Source: Gekko japonicus (lineage: Eukaryota). Taken from it: a DNA stretch of 64,000 nucleotides. This document shows, in pieces, positions 14,711 to 27,990 of this stretch (positions are counted from its first letter, which is position 1; every line of letters begins with the position of its first letter). The position numbers and the translations under genes are program-made. Location of the stretch: the NCBI RefSeq assembly GCF_001447785.1, contig NW_015166462.1, positions 380,116 through 444,115 on the forward strand, in the 5' to 3' direction. The notes beneath the pieces are model-generated. The model was given only the letters and a program-made list of their open reading frames with translations, did not search any database and had not been told where the DNA came from.

Positions 14711-14833
14711 CATCAAAGTTCTGTGGGGGACTCAGACCGTAATATAACTGCTGCTGAGTTTGCGTTTGTGACTCCATTTGCTGTGGCTCGTCGAGGGGTA
14801 TGGATATTTCGTAGGTTTCACTGTCTTCCTTCA
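14711..14833 (-). CDS. CCDC106: CCDC106 internal coding exon
   Basis: ccacag|TG ... GATG|gtaag; 123 nt, phase 1/1. Encodes KEDSETYEISIPLDEPQQ...YYGLSPPQNFD, similar to human KDDETFEISIPFDE...YSLSPSRRNFE. Confidence 0.9.
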
Positions 14834-15710
14834 CTGTGGACATCAAAGCAGGGAGGGGGAAAGAAAGAAGAGCATTCTTTTGCCAGAACTTGAATCCACA
14901 AAGTGCTAAGGCTCAAAGAAATATTGATCGGAAAAGACTGTGGCTTAAAGCTGCAGTTTTGGTGAAGATAACAGTGGGTGTGTTAAAATAGCGACAAACA
15001 ATCCCACCCTTTTCCAACTTTCAGTCATACAACAATGTCTCAAGATGCCTTAAAGATGACAGCATTTCTGCCAATCTGTGGGAAACCCCCACCACCACCA
15101 CAAGTATGGCTTTCCTCACAATGCTCTATTTTGAAGCTACCACAGTGCAAAAACCAACAATTAATTCTGATATAGTGCACACCATTTAAAAAAATGAAAG
15201 ACATCAGTGGTTAGGAGTGAGATTTAGTGCATTATGCACAGAGACCCTGGTATGTGCTTGCGTGACCTCACAGCGTCAAACAGGATTTCAGAAATGAAAA
15301 TTCCACTTCTGCTGGTATTTCAAGACTTTCTTGGAATCATGTTACCAGATCATATGGAAGGGCCTCTCTCCATTCGCCTGCTCACACTCTCCCTCTACAC
15401 CATTTGTATTTGCTGAATGTCAAAATCTACATTCTGTAGGAATGCATCTGTAGGAGTAACAACAACCTTAACGTTCTATTACATTGGCAAAGAGCTGGCA
15501 TTCTCCAGGAGCGGCTTCTGGGATTTGCAGTCCCAGGAACTGTCCACAACACTTTTTGAAACTCTGGGCAAGACATCTGATTAGGATGACAGCAGATCAA
15601 CTCCCCCATGTGGCCCCATGTAAGTCACCTGTTGACTAACACACACCAACCTTGCTTTCCACGCCGTCCTCTACCTATACTTGACCGCTGGTGATGATGG
15701 TTAGTCTCAC

Positions 15711-15750
15711 TCATTGTCCTCCCTCCACGAGGGGGACGGATACCGCCAGC
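15711..15750 (-). CDS. CCDC106: CCDC106 40-nt exon (AGGIRPPRGGRTM+A); possible alternative start at ATG 15714
   Basis: Pyrimidine tract ctctcttctttag| and an ATGA|gtgag donor. Its phase joins the next exon to give RTMMKEDS (human RRTMKDD). Confidence 0.75.
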
Positions 15751-17407
15751 CTAAAGAAGAGAGGAGACAGGGCAGTTGGATCTTACAGCCACTTCCTAGC
15801 TTCCCTTACTTGTTCCTCAATACCCACCAGCCAGCTATGTCTAACTGGTGAACTCTAAGTCAACCAGCACTCTCCATAAGAACTCCCCAGCTGCCTCTTT
15901 AAAATCCTGTGGTCCATTCAATGAACACCAAGCAATTGATTTCTACAGCTACTGATCCTTTTCTGTTAAGAGCTGTACACATCTGGAAAAACACACATGG
16001 AACAGCCTTTCACGGAACGATGGGAGAGCAATTTGTTTTAATACTCTCCCCCACCCCACGTAACAGCTGCATATGCAGGTTTCATGGTTTCTCCTGTATG
16101 GAGAAGTAGGAGTCGTGCCTCTTGGCTCCCAGACCTGGCAACATATTTGATCACCAAGAGAAGTAGGGTCAGAGCTGCTTGGTGTAGTTACTGTGGAAAG
16201 GAAAGGACACTCCACACATGCACAGAGGTACTTTGCTGAACTATTACTACTATTATTATTGTATGTAAGGCTGGGCTCTGAGAAAAGATTCTGGGGCTCT
16301 GCCCTGGCATAAGTATGCTGAACACACGTTTTTCAGGAGCTGGGAAATCCTGGTTTCCCCTGGTATCTCCTCTTTCTCCTAAACTAATGAGGATATTTAC
16401 CTGAGCCAGGATGGCTGTCAGCACTGCAGCCTCCACACAGCTACCTGCAAATAACTCCAGACACCTGAGCAAAGGTAAAAAAAGGAAAATCAGTAGGTTA
16501 GGGGAGCATATAAAAAGAGAGGTGATCAGAGCTACTAAGTGGGTCAGAAATTGCAGGCACAAGACAATCTCTTCACTATCCAAGAACAGGGAGGAGGATC
16601 CTCCGAATTAGATACAGATGTGGGGTACTTCTGCTCACAGCAGTCCTGCAGAGGTACCCAACAATTACTCTCTTGTGGTGCTGCTCGTTAGGGTGTGGGG
16701 TGCAGGGGTGCAGGCAATTCAAAGACGACAGGATACAAGCTTGCAGGAACTGTCTGAATGAAGGAAGGAAGGAAGGAACCTCCTCCTCTCACGCAGCAGG
16801 TTTATTTATACACCTTTCTTCCCCCTTCTCCCCCCCTCTCCCTCCATAAGGGAGTTACAAGCATTAGAGCATCCTTTTGGAATGTGTGTGTGTGTGTGTG
16901 TGTTTCCATGCAGCAGTCTGCTATCTGCCTTTCTCAAGGCTACTGACTGCGTAGTGAGCAGTAAACAGATTCCATCTCGGCCTCTCATGACGTATAAGTA
17001 TTTCAGCTCCCAACCTCCAGCCAGGAGAATAGTGATTTATTCTGCACTGCTGTCCTACACTCTCTGCCTAAGGAATGCTGATAGTACAGTCCTAAAACAA
17101 AGTTATTGACTTCAATAGGCTTAGAACTCTGTTTAGGAGTACCCTTGAAATCCAGGCAGGTATCAGGGATTCTAGCTCACTGGCAGTTGAATGTGTGAAT
17201 TGATTCTGTTGGAAAATGTGGCATTTGAGGAACCCAGATTTGGCCATTTGACAAGTTAAAAAAAAAGATGACCATGACAATTAGCCAAATCTTGGTCAAG
17301 TGTTTGTTTTTAAGTACAGGATTAACATTAGAAGAAAAAAGAAAAACAAATTTTATAAATTTGTTATTGTAGCACAGTGAAATTAACTTTTAGTTCTCTT
17401 TAAAAAT

Positions 17408-17512
17408 GAAAAAAATGTAGTGAATGACTAATTATTTCAGGTAAGGCTTCAAAAAAAGGGGAAAAATGTAGTGAATGAATAATTATTTCAGGTAAGGCTT
17501 CAAAAAAAAGGT
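17408..17512 (+). repeat. Tandem duplication, 2 x ~52 bp
   Basis: AAAAATGTAGTGAATGA..AATTATTTCAGGTAAGGCTTCAAAAAAA occurs twice. Confidence 0.9.
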
Positions 17513-18745
17513 GAACAATTCACTGAACAGTAGTTCCCTTTTGGTTTGTATCCTGGAACACCCATTTTCTTTCTTTTTTAAAAAGAAAAATTAAGCAGTG
17601 CTAACGCAAAGTAACAGCAGTTCTTTTCTTTTTTTTTTTAAGTCAGATTTTGAAGGACCTTGTGCTTAGAAGGAAGCAGTAGAGCAATCCTGAACAGTCA
17701 CACCATTGTAAGCACATTGACTAATTGATTTAAAGGAACATAACTCTGTTTAGGGTTGATCCAGTTGGATAGCTGTGTTGGGGTGAAGCAGTAGAACAAA
17801 GTTTGAGTCCAGTGGCACCTTTAGGACGAGCAAAGGTTTAGTCACAGTATAAGCTTTTTTGTGCAAGCACACTTCTTCAGATACAGTGAAACAGAATTTC
17901 CTCAACCCTTACATATAGAGGGGGGGATTAGTTGCCAGAAAGGGCCTATTAGGGTCGAGACAGAGACAGAAACAAAACTAGATATTACCAGTCCATACAT
18001 ATAGTGAGCAGTAAATTATCATACAGCATAGTGGAGATGTTTAACAGACACAAGGATCAAATAGGGATAAGCTTAGTTTATATGGTAACCATTTGTTTCA
18101 ATTCAATTCTGGGGCAAAAACAGTGAAGGAAATAAATATGCCAAAATTGGAGATTGACGTATCCTTAATTGTAGAATGCTGAGAGCAAATTAACTGAGAC
18201 CCTGCCATCTATCTCCTCTCAAGCATGGAGGCAGCAACGGGTTGCACTCACCTCTCCAGCACCAGGAGAGGCCTGCCATTTTAACAAGTGGCCAGGAGGA
18301 GGAGCACTGCTCCACTCCAATGCTAGGCTTGGCCCCAGGGATTACTGCAGGCCTGGGGAGGGCACTCACTCCCACCCTTCTTAACAAATGAAAAAGTTAT
18401 GCTGCCACCTGCACTGGGATTCTTTGCAGATGGAACATGTGTCAATATTTGACAGCAGTCCCACATGAAGCTATCTTATACTGAACCAGACCACTGGCCA
18501 TCAAGGTCAATCCTGTTTATTTCATTCACTTATACCCCTCCTTCTTCCCCGATGGGGACCCAAAGCAGCTCAGCATCATTATCCTCTCCTCCATTTTATC
18601 CTCACAACAACCCCATGAGATAGGTTATGCTGAGAGAATGTGACTGGCCAAAGGTCACCCAGTGACCTTCCATGGCATGAGCAGGGATTCGAACCTGGTT
18701 CTCCCAGATACTAATCCAACACTCTTAACCATTGCATCACACTGG

Positions 18746-19034
18746 CTCTCATACTTTCTACTTAGACAGGCAGCAGCTCTCTGGGGTCTTTTGCATCATT
18801 ACTGGTTCCTTTTAACTGGGGGCGCCCAGGATTGAACCCGAGACCTTCTGCATCCCAAGGTGATCTACCACTGAGCCACAGCCCCTCTCTCATACTTTCT
18901 ACTTAGACAGGCAGCAGCTCTCTGGGGTCTTTTGCATCACCCATTACTGGTTCCTTTTAACTGGGGGTGCCCAGGATCGAACCCGAGACCTTCTGCATCC
19001 CAAGGTGATCTACCACTGAGCCACAGCCCCTCTC
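18746..19034 (+). repeat. Tandem duplication, 2 x ~145 bp of a SINE fragment
   Basis: CTCTCATACTTTCTACTTAGACAGG...CCACAGCCCCTCTC occurs twice. Confidence 0.9.
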
Positions 19035-20796
19035 CGATTAAGAGGCGGTCAACTGATCATATTTGGCCGATCAGTTTCCTGGAGATGCTGTGGCCCTGTG
19101 TTTTGACTGGGATGGCTCATTCATACATGCATGCACGTGCCCCTCGGGGGTTTCACTCGTCAAGGGAACGAATCACAAATTTACAAATTCTCACCCTGAC
19201 TTGGATACCCCGGGCAAGCCCGATCTTGTCAAATCCCGGAAGGTAAGCAGGACCAACCCTGGCAAGTACTTGGATGGGAGACCTGACCTCCAAGGAATAC
19301 CAGGGCCTCTGTGTCCCTGGCTTCCAGGCACGCACACATGTATACACACAAACACTCACAAATGTACAAATTCTCAGGAAACTTGGAAACTGAAAAACAG
19401 ATGTAACTGAAGGTCATTCTCCACTTCTGTTCTAGTATTTTTGGAGGGAATACTTTTACAGTTCCTAAAAACATCACATGCTTGCATTTTCGATTCCAAC
19501 AGGCCAAATTATTCAGATGTCACAACCTTAAGGGCGGGGGAAGATAATGTGTCTTTAAAAGGTGGGAAACATCTAATTTAGGGCCTTGAAACAAAAAAGA
19601 AAGTGTAAAATTAGTTGGGATATGAAACCAGATTTTCCCACACAGCAGCTATGCCTCTACAGACAATTCTTGTGGGGGCGGCAATGTAGGGGAAATCAAG
19701 CTGGACACCCATTCTGCTAAATGCTGGATTTCTCTACTATCCTTGCCCAATCGCTCACACCTCCATGCCCAACAAATACATTTGTTTTTGCCCTCGCGCA
19801 CCACGTGCCAGTCAAAGTTCCAAATATCAGAAATGGCCAGACTCCTTCCTCTTGGTAACACAAGCTCTCATGAGTTCTTTCGGAGCTGTTCTCTCACAAG
19901 CAGTTCTCTCAAGCCCCACCTACTTCGCAGGGTGTTTTTTGTGGGGAGGGAAAGGGAAATTGTAAGCCACTCTGATACTCCTTCAGGTAGAGAAGGGCCG
20001 GGTATAAATCCAATCTCTTCTTCTTCATTGATGTCTCTCTTCCCCCTGCCCCTTCATCCCTCCCAGCCAACTAAAGCTTATTAATAACAGTCCATTTATC
20101 ACTGTATCCCGCCTACATCATCTTCACAAAAGGGCAGAATCAAGCCATTAATTAACACATCCATTTCCCTCTTGGTATCCCACGTACCTACCACTTCCTC
20201 CTGAAGGATATTTCATACCAGAAAATTACAGGAAGGTGAAAGAGAGAGACAGATTTTAGTCTTCTCCAAACATTGCCAGGAAAACCACTGTGCCTATCAC
20301 AAATAGCAATCCCCAAATAGGATCAAGTTCTGCCAGAGTGGCTCATTCTCCACATCCCTTGTACTCCTCCCTGCACCTTCACCAACTCTCCTAGATACTG
20401 CTCTGCTCACTGGAAAACTGGAATAATCCCAGTTGCCTGACTTCTCAAAAACTTAATCTCTGACACCCAGGCCAATCTCAAATCTAGGCCTTTTCTCAAA
20501 TCCAGGTCTGCGGCTCAACCACTCTCCATGACCGTCTTCGATCCCCTGCCTGCAGCCTTATGATTCTTTCATTACTGCATCCTGTTCCTGTCCTCTTTCT
20601 TCCCATCTTGCCTTCAAGAAGGTCCATCCATTGCTGTATCCCATCTCTGTCCTTCTGGCACCCGCTCAGCTACCCTTCAACCACCTGTGGTGCATCCATT
20701 CCTAGAGTCTCTCTTATACAGCTCTCCAAAGACATTCATCATTAAAGATAAGGCACTCTCTCTCAAGTTCAGTCCCCCACTTTGTATGGGGAGGAT

Positions 20797-21242
20797 CAGG
20801 GGTCATTTCGTAGAAAAAGAGCTAGGGGAACTCATTAGCATAACTCATTAGCATATGCCACACCCCCTGACATCACCGGAAGTGTCATAAGGCCACACCC
20901 CCTGACATCACCGGAAGTGTGTCATAAGGCCACACACCCCGTCTCCAACGGTCCTGGCTGCCGGCGCCGGATTGCAGCTCCACTGCCGACCCCTCACCTG
21001 CAAGGCCGGCGGGAGTGCAAGGAAGCCCCGCCAAGGCCCTCCCTGGCCCCAGGCAGGCAGGGGTGGGGAGAAGCAGGGAGGAAGCAACTTACCCTCCCTC
21101 TTCTCCTGCCTCCTCCTGGCTGAATGAGGGCCGGAAGCGGGGCAGCCAGAAGCAGGGGGCGGGGATTCATCATGTGCCCCGCCTCCCCTACCTCACCCGG
21201 GGAAACTGCGATCCCCTGCGATCCCCCCCGAAATGACCTCTG
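20797..21242. mobile_element. GC-rich hAT MITE
   Basis: TSD GGGAGGAT on both sides. Confidence 0.87.
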
Positions 21243-21459
21243 GGGAGGATAATACTAGGCTACNNNNNNNNNNNNNNCAGAAGTGTGGTCATCCAGCCAC
21301 ACCCACCTTTTGCTTCTTATTCTGTTTACCTTGTTTGTTTGCAAAACCCAGGGCCTTTTTTTGTAGGAGGAACTCCTTTGCATGTTAGGCCACACCCCCC
21401 TAATGTAGCCAATCCTAATGAGTTTCTGCTGTTGGGTGTGGCCTATTATGCTAATGAGT

Positions 21460-22124
21460 NNNNNNNNNNNNNNNNNNNNNNNNNNNNNNNNNNNNNNNNN
21501 NNNNNNNNNNNNNNNNNNNNNNNNNNNNNNNNNNNNNNNNNNNNNNNNNNNNNNNNNNNNNNNNNNNNNNNNNNNNNNNNNNNNNNNNNNNNNNNNNNNN
21601 NNNNNNNNNNNNNNNNNNNNNNNNNNNNNNNNNNNNNNNNNNNNNNNNNNNNNNNNNNNNNNNNNNNNNNNNNNNNNNNNNNNNNNNNNNNNNNNNNNNN
21701 NNNNNNNNNNNNNNNNNNNNNNNNNNNNNNNNNNNNNNNNNNNNNNNNNNNNNNNNNNNNNNNNNNNNNNNNNNNNNNNNNNNNNNNNNNNNNNNNNNNN
21801 NNNNNNNNNNNNNNNNNNNNNNNNNNNNNNNNNNNNNNNNNNNNNNNNNNNNNNNNNNNNNNNNNNNNNNNNNNNNNNNNNNNNNNNNNNNNNNNNNNNN
21901 NNNNNNNNNNNNNNNNNNNNNNNNNNNNNNNNNNNNNNNNNNNNNNNNNNNNNNNNNNNNNNNNNNNNNNNNNNNNNNNNNNNNNNNNNNNNNNNNNNNN
22001 NNNNNNNNNNNNNNNNNNNNNNNNNNNNNNNNNNNNNNNNNNNNNNNNNNNNNNNNNNNNNNNNNNNNNNNNNNNNNNNNNNNNNNNNNNNNNNNNNNNN
22101 NNNNNNNNNNNNNNNNNNNNNNNN
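21460..22124. other. Assembly gap (other large gaps at 5671-5773, 30888-31156, 33589-34180, plus several short ones)
   Basis: Runs of N. Confidence 0.99.
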
Positions 22125-22459
22125 AAAGCGTACAGAAAACTGCACGCAGCAATACAGTCGTACAGGCCCCAATCCCTGTCCCTTTAACAATGCAACTTCC
22201 TGAACCCATTACGTTACAGTGTGGTCCTGTCTCCCGTGCAAAAAAGCCCTCTTGAATAATTCCGTTCTGCCTATTTCGTGAAAACCCAGGGGAGTGGGGG
22301 CCTTCCTAATCTTGAGGGGGCAGGCCATTCCATAAGAAGTGGCACACACAAGGTCTCACAATAAATATGTGCAGCATCCCCACGCATGGTTGCTTTAATG
22401 TGCTGGCTTAACTATGTGGATTCCTATCAACCACCTCTCGCATTTCCATTTCTGTCAAG

Positions 22460-22682
22460 AACCTAGCAGTTCGAAAGCAAGAAACTGCAAGTAGATAAAT
22501 AGGTACCACTTCGGTGGGAAGGTAACAGCGTTCCGTGCGCCTTGGTTGTTTAGTCATGCCGGCCACATGACCACGGAAACGTCTTCGGACAGCGCTGGCT
22601 CTTCGGCTTTGAAACGGAGATGAGCACCGCAACCCTAGAGTCAGACTCGACTGGCTTCCGAGCAAGGGAACCTTTACCTTTA
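22460..22682 (+). mobile_element. Sauria SINE, 5'-truncated
   Basis: Nearly identical to 23600-23820. Confidence 0.8.
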
Positions 22683-23476
22683 TTTTAAAGCACCTCAGAG
22701 AAGCCCTTTCGTCCCATAACAATACTTGCCTGCCATTCTCTTCATATACCTATTCTAACATCCCACCCATCCTTCCATACGCCTTAAACATTACATTTTC
22801 TTTTTGTTTAAGAGCCATATTTGGTTCCATACCGCAGCACCTTGGCTCTGGAGCCACAAATCCCTGGTGTATGTGATTACAAAAATAAGAGCATGTGACA
22901 GGCTTTGAGTGCTCGGTATTTATATATTCCCTTTGCCCCCTACGACTGTAATCACTGTAATTATTATAGCTCCACCTAAAATCCCACAAATGCCGTCTAA
23001 TACTCGGCTGCGTGGGGCCCTCTTGCCGCTTGTGCTCAGCTAGTATCATCTCGTCAAGGATCTCAAGCTTAATATTTCAGCAGCAAACCTTTCAGCCTTC
23101 TTGGCACAGGTTTAAACCACATTTTCATTATTAGGCATAGGTAGGTCCTCAAAGGCTCCCATTTCCGCAAGGTAGGTACCGCATACCACAAGGTATAGAT
23201 AGGAACTCTCAGTCTGGGGCAAGGGGTGCTCTGGGTGCTTGGGGGAGGGAACAGTGGGGGAGGGCTTCTAGTGTCCTGGCCCCACTGCTGGACCTCCTGA
23301 TGGCACCTGGTATTTTTGGCCACTGTGTGACAGAGTGTTGGACTGGATGGGCCTTTGGCCTGATCCAACACTGGCTTCTCTTATGTTCTTACCCCACCCC
23401 CCTCTGACTCCAGCCTGTCCAACTGAGACTCAAAAAGGGATCGCATCTTAACCAACCCCTTCAGCCTGTCCAATGG

Positions 23477-23825
23477 AGCTGCGGTGGCTCAAGTGGTTAA
23501 GACGCTGAGCTGCAGGCTGTGGAAGGTCAGTAGTTCAGCAGTTTGAGACCTGGGTGCCGCATGATGGAGTGAGCTCCCGTCTCTAGTTCCAGCTCCTGCC
23601 AACCTAGCAGTTCGAAAGCAAGAAATTGCAAGTAGATAAATAGGTACAACTTCGGTGGGAAGGTAACAGCGTTCCCTGCGCCTTGGTGTTTAGTCATGCC
23701 GGCCACATGACCACGGAAACGTCTTCGGACAGCGCTGGCTCTTCGGCTTTGAAACGGAGATGAGCACCGCAACCCTAGAGTCGGATTCGACTGGCTTTCG
23801 AGCAAGGGAACCTTTACCCTTTACC
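23477..23825 (+). mobile_element. Sauria SINE, full length
   Basis: GAGCTGCGGTGGCTCAAGTGGTTAAG head, conserved core and ACCTTTACC tail. Confidence 0.85.
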
Positions 23826-24349
23826 TTACAGCCTGTCCCAACCAAAACTGGGCAAGAGAGGAGTAACGGCTTGGTGAAGGAGAGCTAGGTACCAGTATCC
23901 GCTTGTGATGGTGCAAGGGACTTGGGGGTACACCTGTGAGACCCTGAGCTGCAGCTCTTGAGGACATCAAAGTAACTCCAGTTGCACCTAGGTCTTCCTG
24001 TCTAGGCAAGGCCCACTGGTCCATCAGCACACCACCTGCCTGCCTCTTTGTACAGCCACCTCCACCTCACTTCCTACAACACCCCCCTTTTAGGCTGACT
24101 ACATTCAACTCCCCCCCCCAATTCAGAAGGGCAACATCAAAGCCCTCCTGCCTTCTCCCTCCTCCACACCACCGGCCTCTCGGCTTCCCTACTCCTGACA
24201 ACCTTCTCCCACGCTGACTGCCTACTCCAGCCCGTTTTGACGACGCCAAACTGGGGAGTGAAGATCTGTGCCCCCCACACACACACAGAGGGAGCCTTTA
24301 GCAAATAAGAAAATTAAAATCAAATAAAAAGGAGTCCATCCCCCCCCCC

Positions 24350-25030
24350 CCTTCAAAATGGCCCCGGCTGCTGCCCTGTGAGGAGCGATTGGTCCCTCGG
24401 GCCCCCCGGTTGGTGACGCGCACCCCCGGGACTCTGGAGTCGCCAAAGGACCTGCCGTGCGCCTCAGGCGCGGCGCCCCCGGGCTGGGGAAGCGGGAGGT
24501 TGCGGGGCTGCTCTCGGTGGGAGGGGCGCCTCTGCTCGTGAGGGAGGCGGAGGAGGTGGCAGGCCAGGGCCGAGGGGGCCGCGAAGGAAGGCGGACTGCC
24601 CCGCTCCCCCGCCGGACCAGCCCTCTCCTACCTGCCTCTGCGGCCGCAGCCGAGCGCCCCAACCAGCCAGCGAAGGAGCCGAGAAGGGGCGTCTGTAAAG
24701 TGCGATGGGAGAAGGCGGGGCGGCAGAGGGAGGAGGAGCCAGGCGGCCTTAAGGTGGGGAGGGAGGCCGGTGGAATTTGGGCACGTCTGTGGTTGGAGGC
24801 AGAAGCCAGGGCCTGGTCCACACCTGCCTGTTCCTCGGCGGAACAATCGTAGAACGAGTGGACAACTCACCTTCCGCCGACTGGTCATCGAGGGTAGAGA
24901 AATGGAGTGATAAGCGTACCCACGTGAAACATCCCTGGGTGGAAAGTTTACTGAGATCGAAGAACCGCCCGATGGTCTTCAAGGAGGACCTCCGCCAATT
25001 TGTCTGGCCAGACTGTTTTGCGCACCCAAA
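24350..25030 (-). promoter_or_regulatory. CpG island, probable CCDC106 promoter and first exon
   Basis: GC/CpG-rich sequence not recognised as a repeat, with a consensus minus-strand donor at 24871, a YY1-like AAAATGGC and an E-box. Confidence 0.65.
24871..24888 (-). CDS. CCDC106: Candidate first coding exon of CCDC106 (MTSRRK)
   Basis: ATG ACC AGT CGG CGG AAG followed by a consensus AAG|gtgagt donor inside a CpG island. In frame (phase 0) with the 15750 exon; the full model gives 323 aa. Confidence 0.55.
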
Positions 25031-26399
25031 CGCCTATTTCACACCCACACACACACACCCCTCTCCACTCACCCCCACCCTTTTAACAGGTTTCCCGCAT
25101 GTCAGACCCAAGGTGGGCAATCCTCAGCCCTATGGATGACAGCATTTATTGTTTATTTTAGGAATTCCAGAGGCATGTCAGCAGGCAATGGCAACCCACC
25201 TCCGAATGTCTCTTGCCCAGAAAGCGTCACTAGGGGTCACCATGACCGCAACTGCAACAAATAACACTCTATATGCCCTGATCTGGGTAGAACAGGATAG
25301 CCCCATCTAGTCAAATCTCGTACCTAAAATGTGCTGGATCTGGTTAATATATGAGTGGGAGACCCCCAAGGAAGTCCAGGGTCGCTACACAAAGTCAGGC
25401 AACGGCAGACCACTTCTGAACATCTCTTCCTCTGAGAACCACCATAAGTCAGTTGCAACTTCTCAGACCCCCCCCCCCCAAAAAAAAACCCTTGATGACA
25501 CTTTTCACCACATACATCTCTTACAATGGTAATGGTTTTCCCCTTTAACCAGTAAGAAAGAAAAATAAAATGGCCGTGGCCAAACAAACTCTTGGTTATT
25601 TTCACCCTGTTCTGCAATAGTGGCCAGATGATTTCCAGGCTCAATTCAAGGCACCTGAGAATTCAAGGCACCCTTCACAGCCTGGGACTCACAAACCTTG
25701 GAGGGTTGTTTCTGTGGCAGCTGAGAGCAGCTCAGCCACCAGACTTCTTGAGATGCCTTCACTTCATCAAGTGACAACTGTAGGTATTCTAGAGCTTATT
25801 CAGTGGCAGCCCTGCCCCTCTGGAACTGAACACATCCAGCTGCCTTATACCGAGTCAGACGATTGGTCCATTGAGGTCAGTATCATCCACTCTAACTGGT
25901 ACAGCTCTCCGGGTTCTCAAGTAGACACCTTTCGCATCACCTACTATCTTCCTGGAGATGCCCGTGGCCCTTCTCTTTGCCACACATAGGCCCTGCCACT
26001 GAGCCACAGCTCTTTGATTCTATACCAGACCAGATGCAGAATGTAACATTATCTGGTACAGTTTCCACAGATGGTGCAAGACTTCCCCCTTAGACTGGAT
26101 TTGGGCTGTAGGGCTGTTGTGGTTTGAATGCTGTTTGCTATTTTATTGTGGACTTGCTGTTTGGGCTGTTTATGGTCTTAGTGTATGTTTTTTTCCATTT
26201 GTACATTTCTCTGAGCATATGGTTAAGCAGCATAGAAATATTTTATTTTTTTAATTTATTTATTGCTTCTATTTGTATCCTGCCTTGCCAGACACGCTGG
26301 TTAAAATAATATAAACAATACAGAGTTAAAACAATAAATACAATACCAAATTAAAACAGCAACAGTTTACAAATAAAACCGACAGATGATGGCGATAGT

Positions 26400-27990
26400 C
26401 TTAAATCACATCCAATGATAGGGGTAGCATCCAGCGAGGTCTCAGGCCAGAAGATGTTCCAGGGCACATTCATCAGTGGCAGCCCCTAATCGAAAGACTG
26501 GTGGAAGAGCTCCCTTTTACAGGCCCTGCGGAACTGTAATAGAAGAGATCGAAGAAGAGATTGGATTTATACCCCCTCCCTTCACTACCCAGGGGAGTCT
26601 CAGAGTGGCTTACAAACTCCTTTCCCTTCCCCTCCCCACAACAGACACCCTGTGAGGTGGGTGGGGCTGAGAGAGCTCTGACACAAACTGCTCTTTTTCA
26701 AGGACAGCTGTGCCAGAGCTTGTGACTGACCCANNNNNNNNNNNNNNNNNNNNNNNNNNNNNNNNNNNNNNNNNNNNNNNNNNNNNNNNNNNNNNNNNNN
26801 NNNNNNNATTCTGCACTAGCTGCAGCCTCCGGATCTGGGACAAGGGCAGCCCCATGTAGAGAGCGTAGCAGTAGTCTAATCTTGAGATGACCATTGCGTG
26901 GATCACTGTTGCTAGCAGTATTCCCTCTAAGCTGAGTTAGTGTGAGCTAGCTCACAATTTTTTATCCTCCAGCTCACAGATTTTTGTCTCAGCTCAGGAA
27001 GGATGGCTCCAGAAAAAACTAATTTATGCAGTAGCCAAATCACTCCCTCACAGCTTTAATGCCAGTAGCTCACAAGGAAGAATTTTTGCTCACAAGACTC
27101 CACAGCTTAGAGGGAGCATTGGTTGCTAGGTCACTGTGTTCGAGGAAGGGAACGAGCTGCCTAATCAGCCGCAGGTGGTAAAAGGCCACCTTGGCAGTGG
27201 CTGCTACCTGGGCCTCCATTGTTAAAGAGGCATCCAGGAGCACTCCAAGACTCCTAACCCTCGGCGTTGGCACCAATGGCGCCCCACCGAAGGTCGGTAA
27301 TGGGATCCTCACCCTCAACCTGCTCTGACTCAAGCACAGGACCTCCGTCTTCGTTGGATTCGATTTCAATCGACTCAGTCTAAGCTAGCCCACCACATCC
27401 TGAAGCGCCCGCTCCAGGTCATCTGGGTCGGAGTTGTACCAGCCGCCCAACAGCATGCTGATGACACCACAGCCCATGCCTCCGGGCAATCTGTGCAAGG
27501 GGGCGCATGTAGATGTTAAACAACATCGGGGATAGCACCACCCCTTGTGGCACCCCGCACACCAGTGGGTGCCTCTGGGACGCCTGCTCCCCTAGCGCCA
27601 CCCTCTGTCCCCGACCCTAGAGAAAAGAGACAAGCCATTGCAAGTCAAGCCCTTGGATTCCAATGTCAGTGAGGCGGTGGATCAGTAACTGCTGGTCCAT
27701 GGTGCCAAACGCCGCTGACAGATCCAACAACACCAGTACTGCCGTGCCGCCTCGATCCAGATGCCTTCGGAGGTCGTCTGTGAGAGCGACCAGTGCCTTC
27801 TCCGTCCCATGACCCGGCCGGAAGCCAGACTGGAACAGGTCCAGCATGGAAGTGTCATCCATGAAGCTCTGCAATTATATCGCCGCCACTCTCTCCAATA
27901 CTTTGCCCAAATAGGGCAAATTGGAAACTGGCCGATAGTTGGCCAATTCAGCCGGATCCAGTGATGGTTTTTTCAGAAGAGGGTGGACCA
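26400..27990 (-). mobile_element. Decayed L2-clade LINE with nested SINE and MITE
   Basis: Peptides FQSGFRPGHGTEKAL, LLDLSAAF, CGVPQGVVLSPMLFNIYMRPL, NPTKTE and ISRLDYC...LQLVQN, broken by stops and frameshifts. Confidence 0.88.
26916..27121 (+). mobile_element. hAT MITE, same ~206-bp family, inserted in L2
   Basis: TIRs and an exact 8-bp TSD GTTGCTAG. Confidence 0.88.

Noticed and set aside
21255-22209. Long ORFs in the track (also 33430-34259 and 30750-31348)
   Set aside because: Made mostly of X residues from N gaps.
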